From Candidatus Aegiribacteria sp. (GTDB lineage: Bacteria; Fermentibacterota; Fermentibacteria; Fermentibacterales; JCC-6), in the NCBI GenBank assembly GCA_013138965.1, contig WTBT01000022.1, forward strand, positions 7,459 through 71,458: DNA of 64,000 nt, in the 5' to 3' direction. The notes beneath the pieces are model-generated. The model was given only the letters and a program-made list of their open reading frames with translations, was not told where the DNA came from and searched no databases. This document shows, in pieces, positions 10,044 through 19,341 of the stretch. A program made the translations under genes and the position numbers. How positions within the stretch are numbered: the stretch's first letter is position 1; the number at the start of each line of letters is the position of its first letter.

Positions 10044-11063
10044 TCAGGAAGAAATAGATGATGCATCATCAGGTATCATCTTTTCAGGCAGTGAAATTCT
10101 GAACCTGCATACAGGATCTCCAGCCAGAACACTCTGAAGTACCTCTACATGGGTGGATTCACCGAATACGACATCGAACATCAGCTTCTGAAAACCTCCG
10201 CTGCAATAACACCAATCCATGGGTATGTCCGGACCGTTCATTATTATGGCTTCTCTGGCGAGGGGACAGTGGCATGCATAATATCTTTTCATGAGGCTGT
10301 CCGTCTCCTTCAACCAATCCTTGGGAGAATACGGGATCTTGGTGACGTAAAGGTATTTTCCATCGCGGACTGCAGACAGAATTTCCTGATTACCTTTGAC
10401 CAGCTCAATGACTTCCGGTGTGATTTCCTGCTCGAACCATGCCTTTCCATCGTCGAGGTGCTGCTGCAGAATCCTGATCCTTTCCACATGGACTCTCTTG
10501 AGGAAACTATCGATAGAATCGGATTCCTCAAACCATTGCAGATGCTTCTGGAAGCTGTCATGGGGTATTCCATGATGGTTGTCAGCCAGAACCTCATGGC
10601 AGGTGTCCGAGCCAAGTTCCATAAGCCTGTTCGCGAGCAGACAGGTGTTTCCGGGATATGTATCGGGAGGTGAACCCAGGGGGGGAGCCTCAAGACCATC
10701 AAACACCCTGTCTCTGCAGTCAGTATCTTTCTTTGATACAAGTTTCTCCGATATGGATTCGAATACTTCCCTTCCGCTGATGGTAGAAATTATATAGATG
10801 TACACTTCATTCTGTCCCGTCACGTAGAAATATCTGGCAAGGTCCCGGAACCGCTGCATTGTGTTCTTTTCGTCTGCTATAAGAGCGGTGAAATAATCTT
10901 TAACGGAATGAATTTGAACTGAATCGATATCTCTGTCTGTCTTAGTGAGGTATTCCTCGAAATCCTTCACAGTTTCAAGGGCGGAATTCAGTGCGTTATC
11001 ATCTGCATTCCTTGATCGGAGGAATTTGGTGTATTCAGATATTCTCATCTTAACCGCTTTCAT
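10044..11063 (-). CDS. hypothetical cytoplasmic protein with Cys/His cluster (CHCP...WCYCSGGF...C)
   Basis: 339-aa ORF, no signal peptide. The Cys-rich C-terminal region suggests metal binding. No family recognised. Confidence 0.45.
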   Translation of the reverse strand: MKAVKMRISEYTKFLRSRNADDNALNSALETVKDFEEYLTKTDRDIDSVQIHSVKDYFTALIADEKNTMQRFRDLARYFYVTGQNEVYIYIISTISGREVFESISEKLVSKKDTDCRDRVFDGLEAPPLGSPPDTYPGNTCLLANRLMELGSDTCHEVLADNHHGIPHDSFQKHLQWFEESDSIDSFLKRVHVERIRILQQHLDDGKAWFEQEITPEVIELVKGNQEILSAVRDGKYLYVTKIPYSPKDWLKETDSLMKRYYACHCPLAREAIIMNGPDIPMDWCYCSGGFQKLMFDVVFGESTHVEVLQSVLAGDPVCRFRISLPEKMIPDDASSISS

Positions 11064-11364
11064 ACTGATCAGTGAGCATTAAGAACCAGGTACTTTACTC
11101 GTCTAAAACAGGGGATACGAAGATCACCCGCAAATGTGATTATGTAAAGAACATGTGTTCACTGACAACCTGGTATTCTCTGTGCAGTGGTATTCCGCTG
11201 AATCTGAATTGAAGCGGTTTATTTGAATAGTTATACAATCCTTGACATGAATCTGCGTATCTCTATATTACAAACCGTGATTCAGTGTCTTTGAGAATTG
11301 GTTAGGTTCCACTCGACTCATTTCTGAGAATTGTGTTCCCCCTATTATCAGGACATTCTGATAT

Positions 11365-11478
11365 CCATATGCGACCATTCCGGTTGCAGCAGCCGGTTGT
11401 AATACCGGGTAGTAAGCTTCGGATAATCCGAAGCACCGGACCTGAGTGTCCGGGGATGGAGGGTATGAACCCTCAGGA
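11365..11478 (+). promoter_or_regulatory. structured 5' leader upstream of the RRM RNA-binding protein gene
   Basis: Consecutive perfect hairpins: CCGG-ttgcagcag-CCGG, CCGG-ttgtaata-CCGG, GCTTCGG-ataat-CCGAAGC, CCGGAC-ctgagt-GTCCGG. A GGAGGG motif lies immediately before the ATG at 11479. Confidence 0.35.
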
Positions 11479-11742
11479 ATGGAGTTATTCTTGAATAACA
11501 AACTGTTTGTTGGCGGACTTTCGTGGGGAACCACGGATAAAGAACTTATGGAAACCTTCTCACCGTACGGTACCGTTACGGAAGCAAAGGTCATCAAGGA
11601 ACGTGATTCCGGAAGGTCTCGCGGTTTCGGTTTCGTTACTTTTGATACCGAAGCAGAAGCAACCGCAGCCGCGGAAGCTCTGAACGATACAGAACTTGAT
11701 GGACGTAGCCTTAGAGTAGATTTCGCTCACGATAAGCGTTAA
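11479..11742 (+). CDS. RRM-type RNA-binding protein (glycine-poor Rbp-like)
   Basis: RNP-2 motif LFVGGL and RNP-1 motif RGFGFVTF. The ATG at 11479 lies within ORF 11446..11742. Confidence 0.85.
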   Translation: MELFLNNKLFVGGLSWGTTDKELMETFSPYGTVTEAKVIKERDSGRSRGFGFVTFDTEAEATAAAEALNDTELDGRSLRVDFAHDKR

Positions 11743-11765
11743 CGCCGATTATCTCTGTAAAGAGA

Positions 11766-11797
11766 GAAGGGCAGCTCATTGAGCTGCCCTTTTTTGT
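11766..11797 (+). terminator. rho-independent terminator
   Basis: GAAGGGCAGCTC-att-GAGCTGCCCTT followed by TTTTTGTG. Confidence 0.7.
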
Positions 11798-11814
11798 GTA
11801 CTGATTCCAGTTCG

Positions 11815-12263
11815 TTAAGGAAGCAGAACCATACTTTCTGACAGGATTATGCTTCCGGTATCGATCTGAACGAAGTATATACCGGACGGTTCACCGGAAA
11901 TATCCATGTCGATACTGTGCCTGCCAGCAGTGAACTGAGCGGTTTCGGATTCGGATACAATTCTTCCGTCAGCGGAGTATATCCGTAACTGCACATCGCT
12001 GCCTGCCTCAAGAAGAACATTCACAGTGAAGTATCCATATGTCGGACTTCCAGATATGCTCATTTCACAATCGGAGTTAAGCTCGGAGCCTGCTTCATGT
12101 TCGATCCCTGTATAACCGCCGTATCCAAGCCTTCGAAATCACTTACAATGAGATCTAAGTGTCCGTCTGCGTTCCAGTCATTCACCCAGAGTCTTGTCCC
12201 GTAAAGATCAATGTCACTTCCGTTGCTTTGAAGATATTCATAACCGCTGAATACGGAACCCTA
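11815..12263 (-). pseudogene. 3' remnant of a T9SS cargo gene (FG-GAP-like repeat fragment plus intact Por_Secre_tail CTD), frameshifted and 5'-truncated
   Basis: ORF 11815..12063 encodes only a T9SS CTD (..YGYFTVNV..LRIYSADGRIV..GIYFVQIDTGS). Upstream, a different frame encodes '..LWVNDWNADGHLDLIVSDFEG..' bounded by stop codons (TAG near 12264), with a -1 offset relative to the CTD frame. Confidence 0.5.
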
Positions 12264-12389
12264 CATTCGCTATTACTGCGCCTTATCCCGGAGAAAAACT
12301 GATTATGGACATTCGTTCAGAATGTTATTATCTCTGTAAATGTGGCTGTTACAGTGTACATATGGAGTTTGAGAAGGGGGAGGCTGAAA

Positions 12390-14135
12390 ATGGGCTATTA
12401 CGCCAGCGCTTTTCTATTTGCGTTTCTGATTCTGCTTGCTTCTGCCGGAAATGCAGAGGGAAAATACACATGTGAAGATGATCTTATCGAAGTGATGTTC
12501 ACAGAGGATTCCGCCGTAAGGCTCCGATCCGGAACGCTTGTAGATCTTTCTGATAGTGGAGCTCTGGATGGTCTTGAAGAAGTGCTTGAGCTTACGGATG
12601 GTTACCAGTGGGAGAGGATATCAACGATCTCAGAGGAAGCAGTTGATGAAATGGAGTTGAGGGGGGAACAGCTAACAGGCAAAGATATCTACAATCTCAA
12701 CAATATTTACAGGCTCAGATTCCAGGGTGATATAAATGTATGGGAGTTCGCGGTGATACTGCAGGGGCTTCCCGGGATCATCAGCGCAATACCGGTGCCG
12801 CTTCCACAGCTCCCTCCCCAGCCACCGAATTATCAGGGGATGCAGGGTTACCTGAAAGCTGCTTCGTTCACTCCCACCGGAATCGATGCCATTTACGCCT
12901 GGACACAGTCTGGAGGTGACGGCACCGGAGTAACGGTCTGCGACCTGGAATACAGCTGGAACTACAACCATGCAGATCTGACCAAAGCTCCGGGTTCACA
13001 GATAAACAGCTTCGTGCAGGACCCTTTCAGTAATAATAATCATGGCACAGCAGTTATCGGCGAGATGGTATCCGACTTTAACGGCTGGGGCACAACAGGA
13101 ATCTGTCATGCCGCAGGCATTAAAACCTGCGGTACGTATTATGGTAATCCCACACCGGGATGGAACGTGCCCGGGGCGCTCATCGTGGCCATATCAAACC
13201 TGTCCGCAGGAGATGTGATACTGCTGGAACAGCAGTGGGAGTACGTTTCCGGATCAAATGATTATGTGCCGATTGAATGGTGGGGCGCTACTTCTCCCAA
13301 CGCGCAGCAGTATAATGCCGTATACGCCGCCATTCAGAATGCCGTATCCAACGGTATACATGTTGTGGAAGCCGGAGGGAATGCTGTTAACGGCGGCGGC
13401 GTTGATATGGATCCAATGCCATGGTTTGGTGACAGCGGAGCGATAATTGTCGGTGCCGGAGGCGCATACACGAGCGGTGATCTGGTTAGGCTTTATTATT
13501 CAAATTACGGTTCAAGATTTACTTCCCATGGCTGGGGAGAGGATGTAGTGACAACAGGATACGGAACCCTCTACAGCAGTATGGGCGTGAACTACTACTA
13601 CGCCTCGGGGTTTTCGGGCACGTCCAGCGCCTCCCCGATGGTGGCCGGCGCCGCGGCCTGCTGTGTCGGCTACTGGGTGGCCAACGGCAACCCGGTGAAT
13701 ACACTTACACCGGCAATGCTGAGATCAACTCTTTCAAATACAGGAACGCTTCAGATATTTCCTCCTTCCGGGAGCATTGGGACAAGACCGAATCTAATGG
13801 GAGCTTTCGCGTACCTCTATTCTGTTGGTATAGGCACAACGATGGAGCCTTCCGGTTCAGTCGCCATGAGCGTTTTCCCGAATCCGGCATCGGAGTATGT
13901 AACCATCGAGCTCTTCCGCTCTTCGGAGATGACATCTCTTCATGGTCTTGCGATTTACGACATCTCCGGAAGACAGGTGGCAAACTTCGGTAAATCGAGT
14001 GTCATGGCAGGCGAAGCAGTAGTCTGGGACTGCAGGAACATGAGCGGCAGCAGAGTACCAGGGGGACTCTATACAGCAGCAGGAGTTTACGATTCCGGTT
14101 CGGTAACGGTGCCATTCATCATCCTGAGCAGGTAG
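12390..14135 (+). CDS. subtilisin-like serine protease (peptidase S8) with C-terminal T9SS sorting domain
   Basis: Catalytic motifs: Asp (GTGVTVCDLE), His (NNHGTAVIG), Ser (GTSSASPMVAG). CTD '..VFPNPASEYVTIEL..IYDISGRQV..GLYTAAGVYDSGS'. An AAGGGGGAGG Shine-Dalgarno precedes the ATG at 12390. Confidence 0.85.
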   Translation: MGYYASAFLFAFLILLASAGNAEGKYTCEDDLIEVMFTEDSAVRLRSGTLVDLSDSGALDGLEEVLELTDGYQWERISTISEEAVDEMELRGEQLTGKDIYNLNNIYRLRFQGDINVWEFAVILQGLPGIISAIPVPLPQLPPQPPNYQGMQGYLKAASFTPTGIDAIYAWTQSGGDGTGVTVCDLEYSWNYNHADLTKAPGSQINSFVQDPFSNNNHGTAVIGEMVSDFNGWGTTGICHAAGIKTCGTYYGNPTPGWNVPGALIVAISNLSAGDVILLEQQWEYVSGSNDYVPIEWWGATSPNAQQYNAVYAAIQNAVSNGIHVVEAGGNAVNGGGVDMDPMPWFGDSGAIIVGAGGAYTSGDLVRLYYSNYGSRFTSHGWGEDVVTTGYGTLYSSMGVNYYYASGFSGTSSASPMVAGAAACCVGYWVANGNPVNTLTPAMLRSTLSNTGTLQIFPPSGSIGTRPNLMGAFAYLYSVGIGTTMEPSGSVAMSVFPNPASEYVTIELFRSSEMTSLHGLAIYDISGRQVANFGKSSVMAGEAVVWDCRNMSGSRVPGGLYTAAGVYDSGSVTVPFIILSR

Positions 14136-14226
14136 TCACCGCTATGCGGATCTGTTTATACTTGATGGGTTAAGGCAACCGACCGGACTGCAGGATATTT
14201 TCATAAAACAGGATTGAGGAGTTTTC

Positions 14227-15627
14227 ATGGGTGGATTTTTCGGTGTTGTCTCAAAGAACAGCTGTACCTCTGACCTGTTCTACGGAACCGATTATCACTC
14301 TCATCTCGGAACCATGCGCGGGGGGATGGCAGTTAAGAGCGCCGGGGGAATTCAAAGGGTAATCCATGATATCACAAACGCCCAGTTCAGATCCAAATTC
14401 GAGGATGATGTAGCTGATATGAATGGAAATATGGGAATAGGGGTTATCAGCGATTACGAAGATCAGCCGCTGATAATAGGTTCGCATCTCGGTAAATACG
14501 CAATAGTTACAGTAGGCCTGATCAATAACATAAGCGAACTTGTGGAAGGGGTATTCAGGGACAGATCAGGGCATTTCACCGAGATGACAGGCGGCGAAGT
14601 AAACCCCACAGAAGTCGTTGCGATGCTGATAAACCAGGAGGATTCATTCACTGCAGGCCTTGCAAGAGCACAGGAATCAATCGATGGTTCCTCTTCTGTT
14701 CTTCTTCTTACGGATGATGGTATCTACGCATCAAGAGACAGGCTGGGGCGGACGCCGATATCCATCGGGAAAAAGAGTGATGGTATGGCAGTGACGTTTG
14801 AGAGCTGTGCCTTTCCCAACCTTGAGTACGAATTCACAGAAGAACTCGGCCCCGGAGAGATAGTACTGGTTACGGCAGAGGGGGTCGAACGGCAGAAGGA
14901 TCCCGGGGAGAAGATGCGCATATGTTCATTTCTCTGGGTCTACTACGGGTTTCCAGCCTCGCAATACGAAGGAATAAACGTTGAGGATGTGAGGAACCGA
15001 TGCGGAGAGTGTCTCGCCAGGCGTGAAAATATAGAGGTTGATATCGTCGCCGGTATTCCCGATTCAGGAACCGGGCATGCAGTCGGATACGCAAATTATA
15101 CGGGGATATCTTACCGCAGACCATTTGTAAAATATACGCCTACCTGGCCGAGGAGTTTCATGCCTCAGAAACAGGATCAGAGGGATCTTGTTGCCAGAAT
15201 GAAGCTCATTCCTATCCGTGAGTTCATCCAGGACAAGCGCCTCCTCTTCTGTGAAGATTCCATAGTAAGGGGCACACAGCTTCAGGATACCGTTAAGAGA
15301 CTGTTCGATGCCGGAGCAGCTGAGATACACATGAGGCCGGCCTGTCCGCCACTGGTCTTTGGCTGCAAGTATCTCAATTTTTCCAGATCCCGTTCAATTA
15401 TGGACCTTGCAGGCAGAAAGGCCATAAAGGAACTTGAGGGAACCGGGGATGTGGTCCCGCAGGTGTATCTCGATCCCGATTCATCCGAATTCGCGGAGAT
15501 GATAGAGCGAATTAGAAAAAGGCTCCAGCTTACATCTCTTTCCTACCAGAGGCTTGATGATCTCATTGAGGCCATCGGGCTGTCCGCGGATAAACTCTGT
15601 ACATACTGCTTCAACGGCAGAGAGTAG
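14227..15627 (+). CDS. purF: amidophosphoribosyltransferase (PurF) homolog with Gly replacing the Cys1 nucleophile
   Basis: Class-II GATase N-terminal domain plus PRTase motif 'LLFCEDSIVRGTQL' and Fe-S cysteines 'CTYCFNG'. The N-terminus is M-G-G-F-F-G where PurF has M-C-G-(I/V)-(F/V)-G. Confidence 0.7.
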   Translation: MGGFFGVVSKNSCTSDLFYGTDYHSHLGTMRGGMAVKSAGGIQRVIHDITNAQFRSKFEDDVADMNGNMGIGVISDYEDQPLIIGSHLGKYAIVTVGLINNISELVEGVFRDRSGHFTEMTGGEVNPTEVVAMLINQEDSFTAGLARAQESIDGSSSVLLLTDDGIYASRDRLGRTPISIGKKSDGMAVTFESCAFPNLEYEFTEELGPGEIVLVTAEGVERQKDPGEKMRICSFLWVYYGFPASQYEGINVEDVRNRCGECLARRENIEVDIVAGIPDSGTGHAVGYANYTGISYRRPFVKYTPTWPRSFMPQKQDQRDLVARMKLIPIREFIQDKRLLFCEDSIVRGTQLQDTVKRLFDAGAAEIHMRPACPPLVFGCKYLNFSRSRSIMDLAGRKAIKELEGTGDVVPQVYLDPDSSEFAEMIERIRKRLQLTSLSYQRLDDLIEAIGLSADKLCTYCFNGRE

Positions 15628-15663
15628 GATATGCTCCTGAACTTCTTCTGAAAGGAATTCGAA

Positions 15664-16110
15664 TTGCAGGCTGAATTTTACGCAGTGCTTACGGCTGTTT
15701 GCTGGGCAGTCGGCTCATTAATGGAAAAAACAGGCATAAGGCTTGGAAATCTGACTCCCGTTATGGGAACAGCCATCAGAACACTATTCAGCCTTATGCT
15801 GATGACTTTCCTTTCGTATCCCTACTGGGGCGAATTGAAAAGCGCCGGGGCAAAACCAATTATCCTTATCGCGGCTGGAGGGGGTGTGCTTGCAGGAGGT
15901 CTTGGGATAATGTTTCTGTATACCGGACTGAAACACGGACATATTTCCTCCGTCATGACCATTGCCTTCTGCCTTGCCCCTGTGCTCGGTGTCATCCTGG
16001 GCGTTCTGGTACTGAAGGAAAAACTCACTCCCCTTCAAATTACAGGAATAGTATTTTGCATTACAGGAGCAGCAATGACCGTGTACTTCAGGCATCCGGA
16101 GTCTGCTTAA
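15664..16110 (+). CDS. small DMT-superfamily (EamA-like) membrane protein
   Basis: 148 aa with four predicted TM helices and an EamA-like profile. Starts at a TTG. It sits in a different frame from the overlapping long ORF 15699..16574. Confidence 0.55.
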   Translation: MQAEFYAVLTAVCWAVGSLMEKTGIRLGNLTPVMGTAIRTLFSLMLMTFLSYPYWGELKSAGAKPIILIAAGGGVLAGGLGIMFLYTGLKHGHISSVMTIAFCLAPVLGVILGVLVLKEKLTPLQITGIVFCITGAAMTVYFRHPESA

Positions 16111-16160
16111 ACCCCGGCGCCAAGAAGGCCGTAAAGGCACGGCAGAAAGGGAAAAGACGA

Positions 16161-16574
16161 ATGGTTCATGGTAGAACGATAACGGTATCGACAGCGGGGT
16201 TTTCGGATATAGTCGACATTTCAGGTGAGGTTCAGTCCACTGTATCGGCTTCGGGAATAGCGGATGGTCTTGTCGCTGTGACAGTAATCGGCTCAACGGC
16301 TTCCGTTACCACAATTGAGCACGAACCGGCACTGGTTGAGGATATGAAGGAACTGCTTGAAAAGATGGTTCCAAGGAATATCAGATCCCGTCATTCAGAA
16401 ACCTGGGGTGATGACAATGGATTCTCACACATGAGAGCTTCCCTTATGGGTCCCGGCATTACGCTCCCCGTCGTGGATGGCAGAGTATTGACCGGAACAT
16501 GGCAGCAGATAATTGTTGTGGATCATGATAATCGTCCCCGCCGGCGCGATGTAAGGGTACAGGTTACAGGTTGA
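16161..16574 (+). CDS. YjbQ/UPF0047 family protein (secondary thiamine-phosphate synthase-like)
   Basis: C-terminal signature 'HMRASLMGPGITLPVVDGRVLTGTWQQIIVVDHDNRPRRR' matches the YjbQ family. The ATG at 16161 is in frame within ORF 15699..16574. Confidence 0.7.
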   Translation: MVHGRTITVSTAGFSDIVDISGEVQSTVSASGIADGLVAVTVIGSTASVTTIEHEPALVEDMKELLEKMVPRNIRSRHSETWGDDNGFSHMRASLMGPGITLPVVDGRVLTGTWQQIIVVDHDNRPRRRDVRVQVTG

Positions 16575-16603
16575 AGGCAGGAGCATTGAAAAAGGCTGCA
16601 TTG

Positions 16604-17581
16604 ATGATTAGGCGAATCAGACCCTTCTTACGTATTACTATTTTGACAGTTGTATCTTTATGGGCGCTGGCTTCGCTATCATGTATTTTCGATTCTGAGC
16701 CCTCCGTACCTGCTTATCCCGCAGAAATCGATGCCGAGATAGCGTTTGGCAGCATAGGCTCACCCTCCATATGCAAATGCATGATCGATTACGATATTGC
16801 TCTTGTCGCCGCGGGAACCAGCCTTGCCGTGATTGACATCGTTAACGGGAAAAACGAATCCGTTTTTGATCTAGGGCTGGAGATAGATGACATCGCCGAC
16901 AGCGACGTAAATGGTTTCGGATACGTTCTGACGGATTCCCTTCTCTACCCTGTGAAACTTTCAGGCGCGGTCCTTGAAAACCCCATAAATATCGGTACCG
17001 GCTGCAGTTTCGTTTCGGTATCATCAGGGAGCGATGCAGGATGGGTTTCCATGGATAATGACAGTATTGCAATGCTTGACCTGGCAACCGGGAAAGTATC
17101 AGTTGTACAGGATTATGCCGTAAAGGACTGTCAAGGTATCGCTTTGGCTGATAACGGAGCTCTCTACATAGCTGACGGCAGTAACAACCTTATTATCGGA
17201 TACAATACCGACACATGGGCTGAGATAGGACGTGTTACCGTTCCAGGTGATGTGCACGACCTATTTCCCGGGCCTTCAGGCTACATCTGCGCGATTGTTG
17301 ACGGCAGCAATGAACTCTGGTTCATTAAATCCGAAACCTGCACACTTTATAAGATGATCACATTTCCTGCAATCCCAACCGCCGCAGCCGCGATGCCCGA
17401 TGGCAGCTTCGCATATGCCGCATGTCCGGGAACCGGAATGGTCATTGTTGCCGAGAGTGGTCAGATTGAACTGAAAACGATGGATTTCGGTCTGCCCTCC
17501 GGCATTGACGTAAGCAATGACGGACAACGGGCGGTTATCTGTGCTCCTGATAAGGAAGCTGTGTATGTACTTGTGAGATGA
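16604..17581 (+). CDS. lipoprotein, beta-propeller-like (YncE/YVTN-like)
   Basis: Signal peptide with lipobox LASLSC. Repeated 'G...DG..LY.AD' style blades. Confidence 0.5.
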   Translation: MIRRIRPFLRITILTVVSLWALASLSCIFDSEPSVPAYPAEIDAEIAFGSIGSPSICKCMIDYDIALVAAGTSLAVIDIVNGKNESVFDLGLEIDDIADSDVNGFGYVLTDSLLYPVKLSGAVLENPINIGTGCSFVSVSSGSDAGWVSMDNDSIAMLDLATGKVSVVQDYAVKDCQGIALADNGALYIADGSNNLIIGYNTDTWAEIGRVTVPGDVHDLFPGPSGYICAIVDGSNELWFIKSETCTLYKMITFPAIPTAAAAMPDGSFAYAACPGTGMVIVAESGQIELKTMDFGLPSGIDVSNDGQRAVICAPDKEAVYVLVR

Positions 17582-17663
17582 GCTATTATGATAATGACTG
17601 AACCACTCATCTTACCTTATAAGACTCCGCTGATTCCCGGTCAATCTTACAATTCGACCATTT

Positions 17664-18278
17664 TCAAAAGGATGCTTTTATAGCTCCCCAGCTATTTCCT
17701 TCAAGGGCAAGCAAGTCATGCAGCTCGAAGAAAGAATCAAATTCTTGCTGATACAAAAACATCGTAGTCACAAACTGATCCATGTGGTAAACCCACATTG
17801 TTGAACCGAAGACAAGAGGCTGCTGAGCACACCAGAACGAGTTGAACGATGGCATTTTAGCCTCAAGCCAGTAAGTCTCTCCGGCAGAAACTGATGCGGC
17901 GCTCGGAAGAGTACAGGTGGTTTGATAAACAGGATTCCCAAGGCATTCGGTTCCGGTATCAACATGGGTAGCAGGTGAAAGCCCGGAGGTTACCGGAGTT
18001 GCCGTATTCGGGTTATTATCTCCGTTGTCTTTAGTGATGCTCAGAAAGATGTTTGCGGGTGGTCCCTGTGTATGCACCATCCAGAGTACAACATAGTTGA
18101 CATCTCCGGAAAACTCCGGCACGAAATCATCAGCCAATATCTCCGCCGACAGCATACCTCGCATATTTTCAAAAACATAAGTCTGCGAAAATATGGCGTT
18201 ATCGGTCTGAGCGCTGAGGGATACAGCAAAAACAGCCAAACATACAAATATTGTTATATACTTAACCATGTTAATCAA
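17664..18278 (-). CDS. hypothetical secreted protein, paralog pair member ending in ...LALEGNSWGAIKASF
   Basis: Signal peptide MVKYITIFVCLAVFAVSLSAQ. The C-terminal tail is shared with the adjacent gene. Confidence 0.5.
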   Translation of the reverse strand: MINMVKYITIFVCLAVFAVSLSAQTDNAIFSQTYVFENMRGMLSAEILADDFVPEFSGDVNYVVLWMVHTQGPPANIFLSITKDNGDNNPNTATPVTSGLSPATHVDTGTECLGNPVYQTTCTLPSAASVSAGETYWLEAKMPSFNSFWCAQQPLVFGSTMWVYHMDQFVTTMFLYQQEFDSFFELHDLLALEGNSWGAIKASF

Positions 18279-18413
18279 CCTTTCCTAAAAAATTGACCGC
18301 ATATGATTCAATTACAATCTGATTACGTGCCACCATACTCCGATTGAGTATACTGCCCTGCATAGCCGGGGGCGGACACGAAGCCCGGCCCCCTCAATGT
18401 GTCGGACACGCTC

Positions 18414-19046
18414 CTAAAACGAATTCTTTATAGAACCCCAGGTTGAATTATCAAGTGCCGTAAGCGCTCCGAACTGGGCTTTTGTGAAAAATATACCGAA
18501 GAAGCCAGGCTGCGCTTCGAATGCGATCTTTGTGATATCCTCATCGGAGTAAACTCCCCAGAATACACCGGCAGGCGTGCTGGGAGGGACAATCACAACC
18601 GAAGTGCCAAGAGAACCGCTGGCTCCGAACACATTTATATCATAAACGCCGGGCGCAATGGGCATGAGTACAGAAATTCCGAACGCATTTACGGGAACGC
18701 TGAACGAGTACAGGGCTACATCGAGGTGCCGAGGACCCACTGCCACATTGAGCAGCCCCATTATGGGAGGAGTAGCGACAACATTCTCTCTGCCTGTATC
18801 ATTATCAAGGGATATTCCCTCCACAATATCACCGGGGGAGAAACATTTATTATCGGTCAGGCTGTTGAAGGGCCCCGTGACAAATCCCATATCATCCACC
18901 GGCACGTTTGTGTTCGAGTAGTCCTCTTTCGTAAGACCGGGATAGAGGGTTTCGAAGGAAGTCTGATCCGTGTAGAAGGTTATACCAGCCGTAGCCACGC
19001 AGGCTCCTAGCAGAAGAACGGACAGAAGGCAAGCAAGATTTCTCAT
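18414..19046 (-). CDS. hypothetical secreted protein, paralog pair member ending in ...LTALDNSTWGSIKNSF
   Basis: Signal peptide MRNLACLLSVLLLGACVATAG. N-terminal 'ITFYTDQTSFETLYPGLTKEDYSN' resembles N-terminal domains of PEP-CTERM-type exported proteins, but the C-terminus has no transmembrane helix or PEP motif. Confidence 0.5.
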   Translation of the reverse strand: MRNLACLLSVLLLGACVATAGITFYTDQTSFETLYPGLTKEDYSNTNVPVDDMGFVTGPFNSLTDNKCFSPGDIVEGISLDNDTGRENVVATPPIMGLLNVAVGPRHLDVALYSFSVPVNAFGISVLMPIAPGVYDINVFGASGSLGTSVVIVPPSTPAGVFWGVYSDEDITKIAFEAQPGFFGIFFTKAQFGALTALDNSTWGSIKNSF

Positions 19047-19341
19047 AAAGATCCTCCTTAAATTCAGTGTGAAACCAGAATATTGAAGATGAATTCGATA
19101 GTGTCAATGGTGATATTCCAATATATTTCCAATACTGATCTTGCCTGTATAAAATATATATTTTGTATATAGCCTGAACGTTTGATCTTAACGCTCACAC
19201 AAAGGGCATACTGATTTTTCGTAATATTCTATATTATTGTGTTTGCCATGAAGAGTTATGGATGCTTCACATTCTGTATTGGATTGCGTGGAAATGGACA
19301 GACTGATCCGTATCCTTCAGAAAGCTGATTGCAGATTCTGT

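Noticed and set aside
15699-16160. N-terminal 150 aa of the long ORF 15699..16574
   Set aside because: Overlaps the EamA-like membrane gene in another frame and is Arg/Cys-rich with no homology. Only the C-terminal 137 codons (from the ATG at 16161) match the YjbQ family.
18279-18413. GC-rich hairpin GCCGGG...CCCGGC as terminator
   Set aside because: Imperfect stem with a 13-nt loop and no T-tract. Not convincing as an intrinsic terminator.
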